Source: Nemertoderma westbladi (lineage: Eukaryota; Animalia; Xenacoelomorpha). Taken from it: a stretch of DNA of 44,352 bases. The stretch is from assembly GCA_032718475.1 (NCBI GenBank), contig JAUCBJ010002913.1:1-44352 (forward strand), read 5' to 3'. This document shows, one piece after another, positions 1 through 11,710 of the stretch; positions within the stretch are counted from its first letter, which is position 1, and every line of letters begins with the position of its first letter. The position numbers and the translations under genes are program-made. The notes below the pieces were generated by a model. The model was given only the letters and a program-made list of their open reading frames with translations. It was not told the origin of the DNA and ran no database searches.

Positions 1-63
1 AGGGTTTTAACATTAAGGCGGGATATTAATTCGCCAAGGCGGAATTTGCGTCCAGTTTCCCCC
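1..63. mobile_element. Partial copy (right end) of MITE family A, truncated by the window start
   Basis: aacattaaggcgggatattaattcgccaaggcggaatttgcgtccagtttccccc matches 1312-1378. Confidence 0.75.
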
Positions 64-1148
64 ACATGTCTCAGTTATATATAAGTCCCTCCGACTGGTT
101 TAATGTTCAAAATCTCACAATTATCACATTAGATGGAATTGGTTGATAATGACAATCATTCTTTAGGAAATGACAGCCAAGGCGCTCAAAGGGCGTCGAA
201 AATTATCTGAGTAACGTTACTAGTTCACCTTAATATGTGAACACGAAAACTTTGTTTGATAAAATTAATGAGCACATTACAGACTATGTACAGAACATAC
301 CCCTTACGCGTAGTGGTGTAGGAAGAGTGTGTATGCGCACTCCGCCAAAGTGCAGCAATGATGATGAAAGAAAATAAAATATGTCATTTAAATTTGCGGG
401 CGGCCTTAAAGATCTTATGATGTTATCTGGGGGTCTTTACTCCCCCAGCATTAGTTAGGTAGGACCCCATTGTACCACTGGGTTTGTGAGTACTAGCACC
501 TAAAAGTGTCTTGCCTTGGGACGCAAAATTTATACTCAGTAACTGTGACACTTATGGGTATGTATTGTATTGTAGTGTATATTGTATTTACAACGGACTT
601 TAATAGTGAAGACCTCTGCCTAAGTGCAATTATTAGGAATAAAAATTGTGTAAATTAATCTTCAATAAATTTTTTTAATGATACGAAACAATCAATTAAA
701 GCACAGGGAAAAATATGAAATGAAATAAACTGGAAATTCAGATAAGATTAATTTAATAGGCCCAATATTATGCACTAAAGCAATATACACGATGGGTGTG
801 ACGATAGTTCGGAATTTGATAAAATATATTAGTTATTGGTAGGTATTTCTGTTACGGTATTGAAATGGAAATAAATCTGGGTGAAGAACAACCCATAAAT
901 GCAGAAAAAAAATATTTAAAATGCTGTGAGTTGGGAAAAGTCACTAAATACGAAAAGAACCGTTACGTTTTACGTTAGTATTAAATAAGGGTAACATAAA
1001 GAAATAATGCGATAAAATAATCTGTACAAAAGCACTGGAAGCAAAAACAGGTGGGGTCGCTTGTTACACCTATAATTCTAACATTTATTGACCAAACAAA
1101 TCTTATTAAACCTAAAAATATTTTAAAATTATATTCCTACCACATATA

Positions 1149-1378
1149 GGGGGGGAAACTGGACGCAATAAAAATGCATCCCTCTCCAGGGGAAATTCGA
1201 CGCAAATAACAGATGATTATTCTCAAAAATTTAACTGTAACCTGTTCTACTTGAGTTTTGGTTAAAACAACGTGCCACTGTAACCTGCTCCTTTCCCTAA
1301 ATTGAGAATTCAACATTGAGGCGGGATATTAATTCGCCAAGGCGGGATTTGCGTCCAGTCCCCCCCCCCCCCCCCCCC
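1149..1378. mobile_element. MITE family A (~230 bp, TA-flanked, Tc1/mariner-like non-autonomous element)
   Basis: Terminal inverted repeats GGGGGGGAAACTGGACGCAA ... TTGCGTCCAGT(C)n, with TA on both sides. Homologous copies at 1-63, 7803-8051 and split at ~11430-11555/37430-37520. Confidence 0.8.
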
Positions 1379-3796
1379 TATAGTAATTATAATTAATATG
1401 CTATATGATAGCTCCGATGTTCCAATATAATCATTAATAAAAAATATATTGTACCTGCATTTGCGGAAGAATATTGTAATGAAATACAATTTATTCCAAA
1501 ATTGCAATATTACATATTGAAGTTAAAAGTCCCCCCCCCCCCCCCCCCGTATAATTGACACCAAGTTGTGGGCAACATATCCTATTACAACTTTACATTC
1601 AATTGCGAAGTAAATAGACAGGATAAAAGGATAAGAGTTCTTAACAATGTAACTATAAACCTTGAAATGATGGCTAAAATGTCGTCATAGTTCGACACAA
1701 ACATTATATAGAATACTAATAATAATTCAAGTAGGTTACTGGCTATACCATAACCGCTACAGGATCAAGGACACTAAAACTTCAATCACATTAGTCTGGT
1801 AATCTTGATTGATTTTGTAACAACAAAGGTTGAACACGTGGGTTTTCTCCCGCAATCGTTTCGTAAGACTGCAATTTTGGAATAAATAATAAAATTACAG
1901 AGGTTACAGAGGTTAAATTAGAAAGTAATTTACATTGACCCTCGGGGCTCCATTAGCACGCACTCGCTACGTTCGTTCGTGTAACAAACCACTGGGACCA
2001 GGACACCGTAAAGTAGCGGAACACAGTACTGAGTGAGAACGTAGTCCCCAAGAAAAAATATCACCAAATTATAATAAGTTGGATGGAACGACAAATTATA
2101 AAACAAATCTTTGGTTCACCAAATCTACTAATTATGCAGTGATTGTCCTTTGTATAATAATTGTACAACCTAATAAAACTTACGAAAAAATGTAACTATA
2201 TTTCATATCTTAAGTTTCAATAAGAAACAGGATTAAAAAATATAAGCTACTAATATATACTTTTATCATAACATAATAATGCGTATCTTTGTTTGAAAAT
2301 CACTATAAGATTATGGGAACTATTTTATGATGATATTATTTAAGGTATATAATGCTACTCGATTAAAAAAGGCATTGGAAAACAAACAGTGAAATAAAGT
2401 GATACTATAGCCTATCAAGAAGTTACTCCCAATCGCTGTTTTTAATTCTCTCATTTAAGAATTTGAGTGAGTAAATGCGAATTTTCTTATAAATGTTTCA
2501 AGAATAAAAAATTAGCATTTCTAAAAAATATTAATGTTCTAAAACAAAAACAATTTGTTCTAGAATATTTATTATACTATTTTGTTAACCTGTATAAAGA
2601 CCGCATTAAAAAAACAACCCAATTTTTAATTGTAGGCCGTAGCGCACAATTAAAAAAGTAATAATGATTTCCAAATAAACATAAACTTTATTTCACGTCA
2701 CCAAAAGGTATTATAATGTAAATGGATAAATATTTAATATACAATAATAGTAAAATAAAATAATTACTCTAATTCAGCAATATAAATTGGAGTGCAGAGC
2801 GATCTTATAATGAAAGTTTTAGGTTTGTTCAGTTCAGTGCAAAATATTTCTCCTGTGGTGTAACAAACTGAGTTAGGGTTATATTAATAAAGTTTATAAT
2901 AAATATAAATCAATAAAGGTAATAGTAGTAATAATAAAGCGAACATTTATGATACATACCGGTACTGAATGAATAATATACATTAAAGAGACGAATCCTA
3001 GACGAATCGCAGGTATGAAAACCACCAACACACGAAAAATTATCTTAATAAAAGAAAAAAATCCTGTAAATTGTAATATTTTTACACAAAAAAAAGGTAA
3101 CCTTTATATATATAAGATCCTGTACATGACATCCGATGTGCAAGTCAGTTCGAAAAGGAACGCATCCTATCCAAAATGGCATAAATTTATATTAAAGTTA
3201 AATAGTTTCATTTTTCTCGCGAGAATTAATTACTTTGTATAAAATAATTAATTTTTTGAACATCAAACTAATTATGAAATGTAACAAGTTAATTTTGTTG
3301 AACAATAAACTAATTATTATTTAGCGCAAATAATCTGTAAGCGAATTAATTAATTTCAGCAAGAAAAATAAATGCATCGTTTCGTGTTTTAATACAAAAT
3401 TTTTGACAAAAAGCCCCACAATATAAGAATCATCCCAAGAAACAGTCGGTTTTATCGGCAAATCAATCGGAAACGCCAACCGGAAGTGGGAAAAATTATT
3501 AAACATTATAACTCGGAGATTGAGAAAATAAATAACCAAAATGTTGTTAATATTATTTATTGTGCGACTATAATAATTAATATAACAGTTACAACTAATA
3601 ATAATAAAGTCAGTTCTAACTAACTACTCTCTCGGCTATAGTGATTATATAGGCTATTACAACAAAAACACTCCAATAAATATGTGTCCATCGTAACATC
3701 CAATACTAACATCGATGAGTAGTTTATTGCTCAATCACAGATCCCATCTCTATGGCACTTATAGAACAATTTAACTCCTACCTCATCTGGCAGAAC

Positions 3797-6700
3797 TTAC
3801 TCGTCTACAACAGCAACAACCGGTTGTTTGGCACCTCCTCCGTTCTCCTTCGCTATACGCAGTTTAATCTCCTCGATTTCCAAACCATCTTCATCGTAAT
3901 CCTCACCAGCGGCGAGACCGGCGGCCAGATGATCCTTTACATCGTCGACAGTGATATCCCCTGTGGTGTCCATCTTGTCGTAACCCCTCCCTTCCTCCTC
4001 CAACTCCCCCATAACATCATCATCATCCTCCTCATTGATACCCGACTTACCGAAGGCCTCCTCCATCTCCGACAACATCGCCGCCGTCTCCATATCATCC
4101 CCCGACTTCTCCACACTCTTACTAACAACCGTCTCAGTCTTGGACTCCACCGTCTCGTCCCCGTCGCTCGTCACCAACCTCGACGTCTGCGTCGTCTCCA
4201 CCGAACGATGAGTCACGACAACCGCCGATGTAATGACGTCATCATCGCCGCTTCCGCTCGCGAAAAATTCCTCTTTCATTCGAGCGATTTTCTCGTGGAC
4301 GTTCTCCCCGCGGGACTGCGCCTTATCGTCGTCCGTTCGAGAATTAGTTTCCTCGGGAATCTCAGTAGATTCATCTCTCTCTGGTTTATCTCCCTCCTGT
4401 TTATCTCCCGCCGGTTTATCTCCCGCCGGTTTATCTCCCTCCGGTTTATCCTCAACAGGTTTATCTCCTTCCGACTTCCCGCTCTCTTCCTCCCGTATCG
4501 CTACCACCGGCTTAGGCCGCATCCCTTCAGCCAACTCCACGACGCACACCGGCTTCGTGACGCTCCCCGCGGACAACGTGAACCTGAGGAACTCCCCGGT
4601 CGAACGTAGATAGAAACCCTCGCCAGCGTCGGTGAACACGCAGCTGTTTATACCGACGACGTTGTCCTTGGGGATCCCGTCTACTTTCAGCTGCGGTCGG
4701 AGCGAAGCGAGCGAATAAACTGCGAGCTCGCCGAGGTTGTTTAGACAGGAGATGCAATCCTCGGAGTAGGTTGGATCGACGGAGCTGACGTACTTAGCGA
4801 AACCGATCTTACGAACGCGGGACCCGTCAACGGCGGTGAGACGGAACTTACGCAAGGGTTTCAACGACGGAAGAAGAAACAGTTTCAACTGCTCCTCGGT
4901 AACGACGACTAGAAGATGTTTATTATCCGCGGACGACCTCTCCTCCCCTCTGACCGGACGCCCATCCCGGTCGACGGCCAGCAGCGCGACCACCGGCGCG
5001 CGGTGCTTCAACCGGAGTTCCTTCGCGAGTTCGGTCCGCGAGGAATCCTCGACGACCGACGGGATTAGGTGCACAAGGACCTGCCCACCGTGCGTTCCGA
5101 CCCAGAGAGTCCGACTCCGAGTCAACCCGTCCCGAACGTACGTCTCCACGAAGTAGAGAACCCGAACCATCGAGGACAACGAGGAATCTTCTTTCCGCGT
5201 CTCAACGAGTCGATGGACCCGCGGGTGATCCTCCTCGTGCGGTTCGACTTTAACCGGCGAAATCTCAGCTTTCCCTTCCTCGGATTTACTCGCTTCGCTC
5301 GTTTGGCCTTCCTGCTTCGTTGGCGACTTACTGGCGGACGATCGTTTCTTCCTTAGCCTCCGGAAGGATTCCCGCAACGACTGTTTCAACGTCTTCCTCC
5401 GATTCATCCCTCCGTCGCCTCCGTCGGCCACGTCGCCGCTTCCCGCCGGTGGCAGCGTCGACACCGGGGCCCCCAGGACCGCCGCGCGCTGCACGTCGAC
5501 CACGGCGAACCCGTGCCCGGTCCCGACGGCGACCACCTCCCCCGCGCCGCCGCCGAGAGCGACTGCGGTCACCGAGCCCGGCGGCTCGCACTGCACCAAC
5601 AGGGCGGGCTGAAACCCGGGCGCCGCGTTCAACGCTCCGTCCCTGGGCGCCAACGCCCCGTGGCCTTTCCACACGAATCCCTCGGGTACGATCCGCACCG
5701 CTACGACAGGCACCGCTACCAACCGACTCTCCCGAACCATCCCGTACACAACCAGCTGTCCGGCACTCCCCCCAACGACCAGCCGCCCCCCGGAGAGCGC
5801 GACCTTCTGCACCGCGAGCCGCGGGTCGTCTGTGTAGGGATCGAACTCTCCGACCTTCCGAAACGGAGGCCAATCCTCATCGGCTTCCACAGCCCCGGTA
5901 CCTGCCGAATCCGCGTCAGTAACAAACAAACTCACCGTCTCGGCCTTATACAACAACCGCAGACTCGAATAACCCGCGTCCCAGAAACATAAACTCCCGT
6001 TCTCGTGCCCCGTAACCAACAGATCGCGTCTCTCCTTCTTCCCCCCCAACAACAACTCCTTCCCGCCGGCTACCGGCCACGCCGACCCCGACGCTCCGAC
6101 ACTGAATGCCTCGGCGCCGCTCGCAGCTATATCACTCCACACGCCCTCATCCACGTCGGAGTAATGAGCGGAACAAGTTATAGAAGAGAAATGTAGCGAG
6201 TTGAGGTACGGCTTACGGAAAACCGGCCAACCTTCCGAAGATAAATCTATAAATATTATCTCTTCTTCCGCTAGAATCACTAAAGTAGAAACGACTAAAG
6301 CGTTTCTATCGCCGAAAGCGATGAAATCTACGATCTTTGAGGTTAACTCAAAGACGACGTGGCGGCTTCCTTGCATTACGGTAACGCAATGCCGATCGCC
6401 GTAGGAAGCCCGGGGCATCCCCCCGCTGAACACCGTGTAATCCCCGTCCATCCCGGACCCAATGGCCAACCGCTCGATCCGCTTACACGGGAAGGGCCCG
6501 TAGGGGATGGCAGGCCCGGTCTGGGGGGCCGCGGGACTCACCGCGTTCCATTGGATCAACGAGCCGTCCGAGTGGGCCACGGAAAAGCGTTCCCCGTTCC
6601 CGAACCAAGCCAGAGCCTCCAACCCCTGCTGGCTGGGAGACACGAAGGTGGAATCCGCAGAAGTCTTCTCGATGTCGAAGAGAACCACCAAACCACGGTT

Positions 6701-7345
6701 GTAACCAATAAGAACGCGATTAGGGTCACACGGATGGACAGCTATCGCTTCAACAGATCCCGGGTTCACTTTATAATCATCCGGGACATTCTGCATGGCG
6801 ACGTTCTGGTAAATAACCGAGTCTAAAAGTTCGAACGTTCCAACATCCAAAACGAAAACGTTACCACTATCCGTACCTAAATAACATCGATTACCATCCA
6901 AACTAATCGCGCACACACTAACTCCATTTAGTTTATTATCATTCACCACTTTATAGGATTTAACCACCTCGATAGACGACTCGGAACCGTCGCTCGACGT
7001 GTTTATTTCCCACAAGTGTAGGGAGTTGGATTGGGGGTCTGACAGGGTTATCACGCGGCCCTGGTGCGGTACGAAGAGCAGCTGGCGGATGGGTTCCGAG
7101 TGGGTCCCGATGAACTCAACGCCGGGCTGGCCCAGCACCCGTAGCTCGCCGGTCTTACTGCCGACGGCGAGGAGACCCAGAGTGGGGTCGTACGCGACGG
7201 CACTCGGTTTACTAGGGAACCCGTGTCGAACTGTCGTTTGGAAGTTAAACAACTCCTTCCTCAATTTATCGCGTGAAATATCTTTGTCGGTCTTTTTAAA
7301 CAGACCCATAACTCTGTTAGCTTTACTTCGCACAGTCGCAGCCAT
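3797..7345 (-). CDS. lgl: Lethal(2) giant larvae homologue (Lgl/LLGL, WD40 polarity protein), intronless, 1182 aa
   Basis: N-terminus KLRKELFNFQTTVRHGFPSKPSAVAYDP...GQPGVEF, PYGPFPCK, FSGGMPRASYGDRHCVTV and WPPFRKVGEFDPYTDDPRL motifs. The polybasic aPKC phosphorylation segment RRKTLKQSLRESFRRLRKKR is typical of Lgl. No C-terminal R-SNARE, so not tomosyn. Confidence 0.93.
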   Translation of the reverse strand: MAATVRSKANRVMGLFKKTDKDISRDKLRKELFNFQTTVRHGFPSKPSAVAYDPTLGLLAVGSKTGELRVLGQPGVEFIGTHSEPIRQLLFVPHQGRVITLSDPQSNSLHLWEINTSSDGSESSIEVVKSYKVVNDNKLNGVSVCAISLDGNRCYLGTDSGNVFVLDVGTFELLDSVIYQNVAMQNVPDDYKVNPGSVEAIAVHPCDPNRVLIGYNRGLVVLFDIEKTSADSTFVSPSQQGLEALAWFGNGERFSVAHSDGSLIQWNAVSPAAPQTGPAIPYGPFPCKRIERLAIGSGMDGDYTVFSGGMPRASYGDRHCVTVMQGSRHVVFELTSKIVDFIAFGDRNALVVSTLVILAEEEIIFIDLSSEGWPVFRKPYLNSLHFSSITCSAHYSDVDEGVWSDIAASGAEAFSVGASGSAWPVAGGKELLLGGKKERRDLLVTGHENGSLCFWDAGYSSLRLLYKAETVSLFVTDADSAGTGAVEADEDWPPFRKVGEFDPYTDDPRLAVQKVALSGGRLVVGGSAGQLVVYGMVRESRLVAVPVVAVRIVPEGFVWKGHGALAPRDGALNAAPGFQPALLVQCEPPGSVTAVALGGGAGEVVAVGTGHGFAVVDVQRAAVLGAPVSTLPPAGSGDVADGGDGGMNRRKTLKQSLRESFRRLRKKRSSASKSPTKQEGQTSEASKSEEGKAEISPVKVEPHEEDHPRVHRLVETRKEDSSLSSMVRVLYFVETYVRDGLTRSRTLWVGTHGGQVLVHLIPSVVEDSSRTELAKELRLKHRAPVVALLAVDRDGRPVRGEERSSADNKHLLVVVTEEQLKLFLLPSLKPLRKFRLTAVDGSRVRKIGFAKYVSSVDPTYSEDCISCLNNLGELAVYSLASLRPQLKVDGIPKDNVVGINSCVFTDAGEGFYLRSTGEFLRFTLSAGSVTKPVCVVELAEGMRPKPVVAIREEESGKSEGDKPVEDKPEGDKPAGDKPAGDKQEGDKPERDESTEIPEETNSRTDDDKAQSRGENVHEKIARMKEEFFASGSGDDDVITSAVVVTHRSVETTQTSRLVTSDGDETVESKTETVVSKSVEKSGDDMETAAMLSEMEEAFGKSGINEEDDDDVMGELEEEGRGYDKMDTTGDITVDDVKDHLAAGLAAGEDYDEDGLEIEEIKLRIAKENGGGAKQPVVAVVDE
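4381..4472 (-). repeat. 15-bp coding tandem repeat (~6 units, GDKP[A/E]) in the Lgl C-terminal tail
   Basis: Repeated ccggtttatctccc[g/t]; protein EGDKPVEDKPEGDKPAGDKPAGDKQEGDKPE. Confidence 0.85.
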
Positions 7346-7530
7346 GTTTAAATGTAAATCTTCAAAGTGTTATTGCTGTATTATTATTAGCACCGGTACC
7401 AGTATCGGTTCGATTTGTAATTATTATCAAATTGTATTGTATTAAAAACGTAACCTAACAGAAAGAAGTACAGGAGTATATTATCAGATTATCAGATTAT
7501 AATATTCTGATATTACTGTATTACTACTGT

Positions 7531-7564
7531 ACTACCAAATTGGTAGTACTACCAATTTGGTAGT
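7531..7564. repeat. Perfect 34-bp palindrome ~190 bp upstream of the Lgl start codon
   Basis: actaccaaattggtagt followed directly by its reverse complement actaccaatttggtagt. Confidence 0.8.
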
Positions 7565-7802
7565 TTTACATGCAATCTTCAGATCTTAATATTCATAAAT
7601 ATCATTCTGTTCTTATTCTCATTTTTTGTATTTGTAATGTTAGGCCTACTTTATTTATACATTATAGGAATGATATGTATGTACTAATATGATATGATAT
7701 GATAATGATATAATAATGATATGTATTAAAAAAAATTCGCCATGAAACAAACCACTAAATAGGCCTAGGTGTGCTATACTGTAACTATAAATGCAAGAGA
7801 CA

Positions 7803-8051
7803 GGGGTGGAAACTGGACGCAAAACCCGCCTTCGCGAATTAATATCCCGCCTCAATGTTAAATTCTCAATTTAGGGAAAGGAGCAGGTTACAGTGGCGCG
7901 TTATTTTAACTAAAACAATAAACTAAACACAATAGAACAGGTTACAGTTTTATTTTTGAAAATAATCATCTGTTATTTGTGTCCCTTTTCCCCTGGAGAG
8001 GGATGGATTTTTATTGCGTCCAGTCCCCCCCCCCCCCCCCCCCCCCCCCCC
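7803..8051. mobile_element. MITE family A copy, opposite orientation to 1149-1378
   Basis: ggggtggaaactggacgcaa ... ttgcgtccagt(C)n-TA; the internal sequence is the reverse complement of the 1149-1378 copy. Confidence 0.8.
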
Positions 8052-8408
8052 TATCTGCCTATTTCAAATGCAATTAAATTTATGTATAATTTTATAAGAA
8101 AAAGAATATGAGAGTAGGCCTACATTACAAACTTGAAAACGTATTGAAAACTTGAAAAAAAACATCATATTAAGTATAGTTTTATAAAAGAAAAGCACAA
8201 AGGAGTATCAGAATACTTTACAATATGTACATGGGCAATCTATTTTGGAAATTCTGAAATTACAAAATTTAAGCATAAGTTTTTAAGAAAAGCACAACTT
8301 GACAACATATATAAACTTAATATCTTTACGTATAGTTAGACATACAACTGTACAATGAGTATATAAACTTCATATCTTTACATATAGTTAAATGTACAAT
8401 GAGTAGGC

Positions 8409-8670
8409 CTATATAACTTCATATTTTCTGATCTTTACGTCTAAATTTGCAATATCCTGTAATATTTCGCACCTTTCAGCTTCAATGCCAATATCAATAC
8501 ACTCACAAATGTTAGATGCTGTGGATGCAATGCCGCCCTTTCTTTTGACACAAAAGGTATGGTACCATTTCTCACATCCTTCACAATATTCCCAGTTGAT
8601 CAAGTAGGCTATCCTTTATGAGGGCGAGGTGGATTCACTTCAAAACACAAGTGACAAATACTGAAATATC
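8409..8670 (-). pseudogene. Degenerate PHD-finger coding fragment, probably transposon-derived
   Basis: Minus strand reads ICHLCFEVNPP..., then after a stop/frameshift INWEYCEGCEKWYHTFCV...ICEC, matching the C4HC3 PHD pattern. Confidence 0.5.
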
Positions 8671-10755
8671 GACAAGCGAATAATAGTGACAAGCAACAGC
8701 TTCGTCAGTACTCTCACAGCAGTGCTCTCCATCAGTGCTTTCCATGTAATCAGTCTGTCAGTATCAGTACCACTGGTGCACTGGATCTGCATGAGTATTC
8801 TTTCTCAATGTTCTCTTCATTTGTCATTTTCAATCAGAGAACAGTCGTCGGAATCAAAGTCAATAGAAGATTCATCCGACTCAGCAAAGTCTACACCTTG
8901 CACACTCTTACCATCCTAACGCCTAATGCAATAAATGGCCATCCTAATCTGCTAATGGAAGCTACAACACAACTCTAGTTAATATTTTGAAATATCTTGC
9001 TAAGAAAGATCCGAAGTCATTGTGTGGTGATTTCTTAGAACACTTTAACACTCTAACATATTAACTTAATTTCGCGAATATTAAATTTCAATATTCACCA
9101 TTTAAGGTGCCTTTTAAAGGAATGTAGCAGGTTCTAATGGCAGGCAATACACTAAATTTAGGAACACTGTTTACAGAAAAATGTTTACTTCTAAGGCACT
9201 AATTTTTCAATATTATTAATTTAAGAATTTAACATTAACCCTACATCCTATGGCAGTATGGGAAGGCTGAAACGACACCCCAATTTGCAATTTGCATACT
9301 GGAGGGTAGAGAGGTAAGGTACTGCACTGGCAGACTGGTACAGTGGTACTATGCAGCTATGGTATGGCTATGGCACATACTGAATGGCTCCATCCTTATA
9401 TCAGTCAGTCAGTCAATACCCAGATACCGGTACCATTGTGCATTGCAGGCATTGTTAAACTATAGGCCTACTGTCAGACTGCCAATTTTGGTAGCTCATT
9501 CCAATATTGGAAGTTCCACACTGTATTTTACAGTTTTATGTCACAAAAAATTAACGGCACTGTCAAAAAAATTTCCACACGGTCAATATTTTGCTTTATT
9601 TATTATGATTTGAATAAGCTTGTGAAAAAATAGCATTTCCACAAAATTGAATGCAACTTCAAAGAAAAATGCCAATATTGGCAGGCGGCTGCCAATTTTG
9701 GTAGGAAAACTGCCAATATTGGAAACATGCCAAAATTGGTAATGTGCCGGACTGACCGGTACAAATTTTAACACTAAGCACTACTGCACTAAATACAGAA
9801 ATAGATAGAAACAAGATCAGAAGATGCTCTGCGAGACAACATGATGGTTTGCATACCGGTAATGGTTATCGTAAGAAATATAAAATGTATCGTAGTGAAC
9901 ATACTTCTGTACTGACAACATATATTAGGCCTACTTACCGGTACAGTATTACTGTATTACCGTAGTACAGTACCGGTAGTAGGCCTACCTAGGTACTGAG
10001 GTACTGAGGTACGGCAGAACGGCTAGTCAGATAGTACAGCAGTACAGGTTACAGCAGTAGGCAGGCTTGGCTTCGTTACGCCATTCAGGCAGCAGACACT
10101 CAACATACTACGGCAGCACTGTCAGACTGTATAATATTACTGCAGTACTGTATTCATTGTACTACAGTACTAATGCAGTAATGTACATCCAAAGAACACA
10201 CAGCCAGCCCAACCAGGCTTCCTTCCTTCTTATGGAGCACAATCCATCCAATAGAAGCGAAGCACAATGCGTCATTCTGTCACACATATTAAACACTCCT
10301 CCCTCTGTTAGGGTATTAGTATTACTGTCATGTACTGTATTACAATCCTATCTCATGAATCATCAATATTGATAATGGAAATATTTAAATACAGTACAAT
10401 GTATGATGGCTGTGGTTATTTTTGTTGACACAAGATTGACAGATCAAGATCAGATGTAAACTGCAGATTACATTACGATTACAGGATTGTATACTTGGTC
10501 TGATGAGACAGACGTCTGCGGGAATGTGTGTACTACAACTAACAGTACACGTAGCAATAAGGATATGGGAAGTGTGGTTGTTGGGGGTTGTTGTGTCTGG
10601 AACTCAATGTTCTGCCTCACTGCCCAGGGCAATGCATGGCTGATTTTTTAATCGAAGTGGGGGGGGGGGGGGGGGGGGGGTGTCTGCATATTATATTTTG
10701 TATTTTGGCCGTCTTTCAAATTACTGTTATATTTTATTTTTGGCTACTTATTGAT

Positions 10756-10797
10756 TGCACTGAAAGATGGTAATTGTTTTCTTCCGAAACGTTTGCA
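10756..10797 (+). ncRNA. Degenerate minimal hammerhead-ribozyme-like motif of the Penelope-element type
   Basis: tgca-CTGAAAGA-tgg...cc-GAAAC-GTT-tgca: 4-bp stem I and palindromic stem III, but one extra A in the CUGANGA core. Confidence 0.35.
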
Positions 10798-10929
10798 TTT
10801 GACATTTGTACGTAAATATAATATAATGAAATTAAAAACTTTATCGCTGTTCCTCATCTCTATTTTTCGTTTTTGATTTGATTTACCAATTTATTATTGG
10901 TGTTATGGTTGGAATGATAATTTTATATT

Positions 10930-11124
10930 ATTATAACTTTTTTGTTGGGTACGGCTTTTGCCAAGTCGGCAATGACGTCCAGGTGGGATCGATCTGGGCC
11001 ATCTTTACCTGAGCCACTAGCTGAATGGTTAGAGCGTTAGACTTCCAACCCGGAGATCACCAGTTCGATCCCACCCGGACGTCACGGCCGACTTTGCAAA
11101 AGGTGCCCAACAAAAAGTTATAAT
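10930..11124. mobile_element. ~195-bp inverted-repeat element containing a tRNA-derived (Pol III A/B box) sequence
   Basis: Arms 10930-10997 and 11060-11124 are imperfect reverse complements. Internal TAGCTGAATGGTTAGAGCG (A box), CTTCCAA (anticodon-loop-like, TCC) and AGTTCGATCCC (B box). Acceptor and anticodon stems do not pair properly. Confidence 0.65.
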
Positions 11125-11429
11125 CTCCTAAGATGTTATTGAAGGTCTACGTAGACATCGGACCAGGATGCCTTTATACACATATCAACAACTGTAAAGT
11201 CATAATAATGTTTTCAATATGACATTGTTAAAAGTATGTCCAAAGTGTGAAAAACTTTAAGATCCTCTGGGATGAAAAAATATCTGCTTTAAAGTGACCC
11301 ATTAATAACACCTAATACAGTATGATTGTACTCAAACCAGCTGGCTGACATTCTTGAATGACAGTAGCCAGGTGAATAGTTGTAAGAAAATAATTATTCT
11401 TTATCACGTTCTTATTATAATCCAATGTG

Positions 11430-11555
11430 ATGTTCCCATCTCGACTAATTATTATATCTCGCCCCATCCCAAATGTTAAAATTATAAATTAAATGGAAAG
11501 GAACATAGGTTTACAGTGGCGCGTTATCCTAGCCAAAACAATAAACTAAAAATGA
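11430..11555. mobile_element. Left part of a diverged MITE family A copy interrupted by the LTR element
   Basis: ttacagtggcgcgttat...aaaacaataaactaaa matches 7888-7927; the continuation is at 37430-37520. Confidence 0.7.
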
Positions 11556-11603
11556 TGTAAACGCTTTTGCGGATCTAGCTAGTCATTTTCCCCGCAAAGT
11601 ACT

Positions 11604-11710
11604 CTGTAGGTGTTTTAGCGGACATAAAAAGCCGTTTTCCTACTGTGTAGGTGTTTTAGTGGACATAAAAAGCCATTTTTCTGTATGTGTACTTTAGCGG
11701 ACATAACTAG
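11604..11710 (+). repeat. ~41-bp tandem repeats (about 2.5 units) in the outer LTR U3
   Basis: tgtaggtgttttagYggacataaaaagccRttt repeated; absent from the inner element's LTR. Confidence 0.7.

Noticed and set aside
3797-7345. Tomosyn/STXBP5 assignment
   Set aside because: It has the Lgl polybasic aPKC site and lacks a C-terminal R-SNARE coiled coil.
3752-7445. Many long plus-strand and alternative-frame ORFs overlapping Lgl (e.g. 3752-4609, 5320-5922, 6359-6826)
   Set aside because: Shadow ORFs expected from GC-rich, codon-biased coding sequence; low-complexity products with no recognisable motifs.
9400-10200. Dense taggccta/taccggta/tactgta palindromic words and short gccaatattgg repeats
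   Set aside because: These words recur throughout the window and look like genome-wide compositional bias or decayed repeats, with no definable boundaries.
10499-10525. Hammerhead-like CTGATGA followed by a small stem
   Set aside because: No GAAA after stem II.
11011-11084. Functional tRNA-Gly(TCC) gene
   Set aside because: A and B boxes are present, but acceptor and anticodon stems do not pair; treated as a tRNA-derived repeat.
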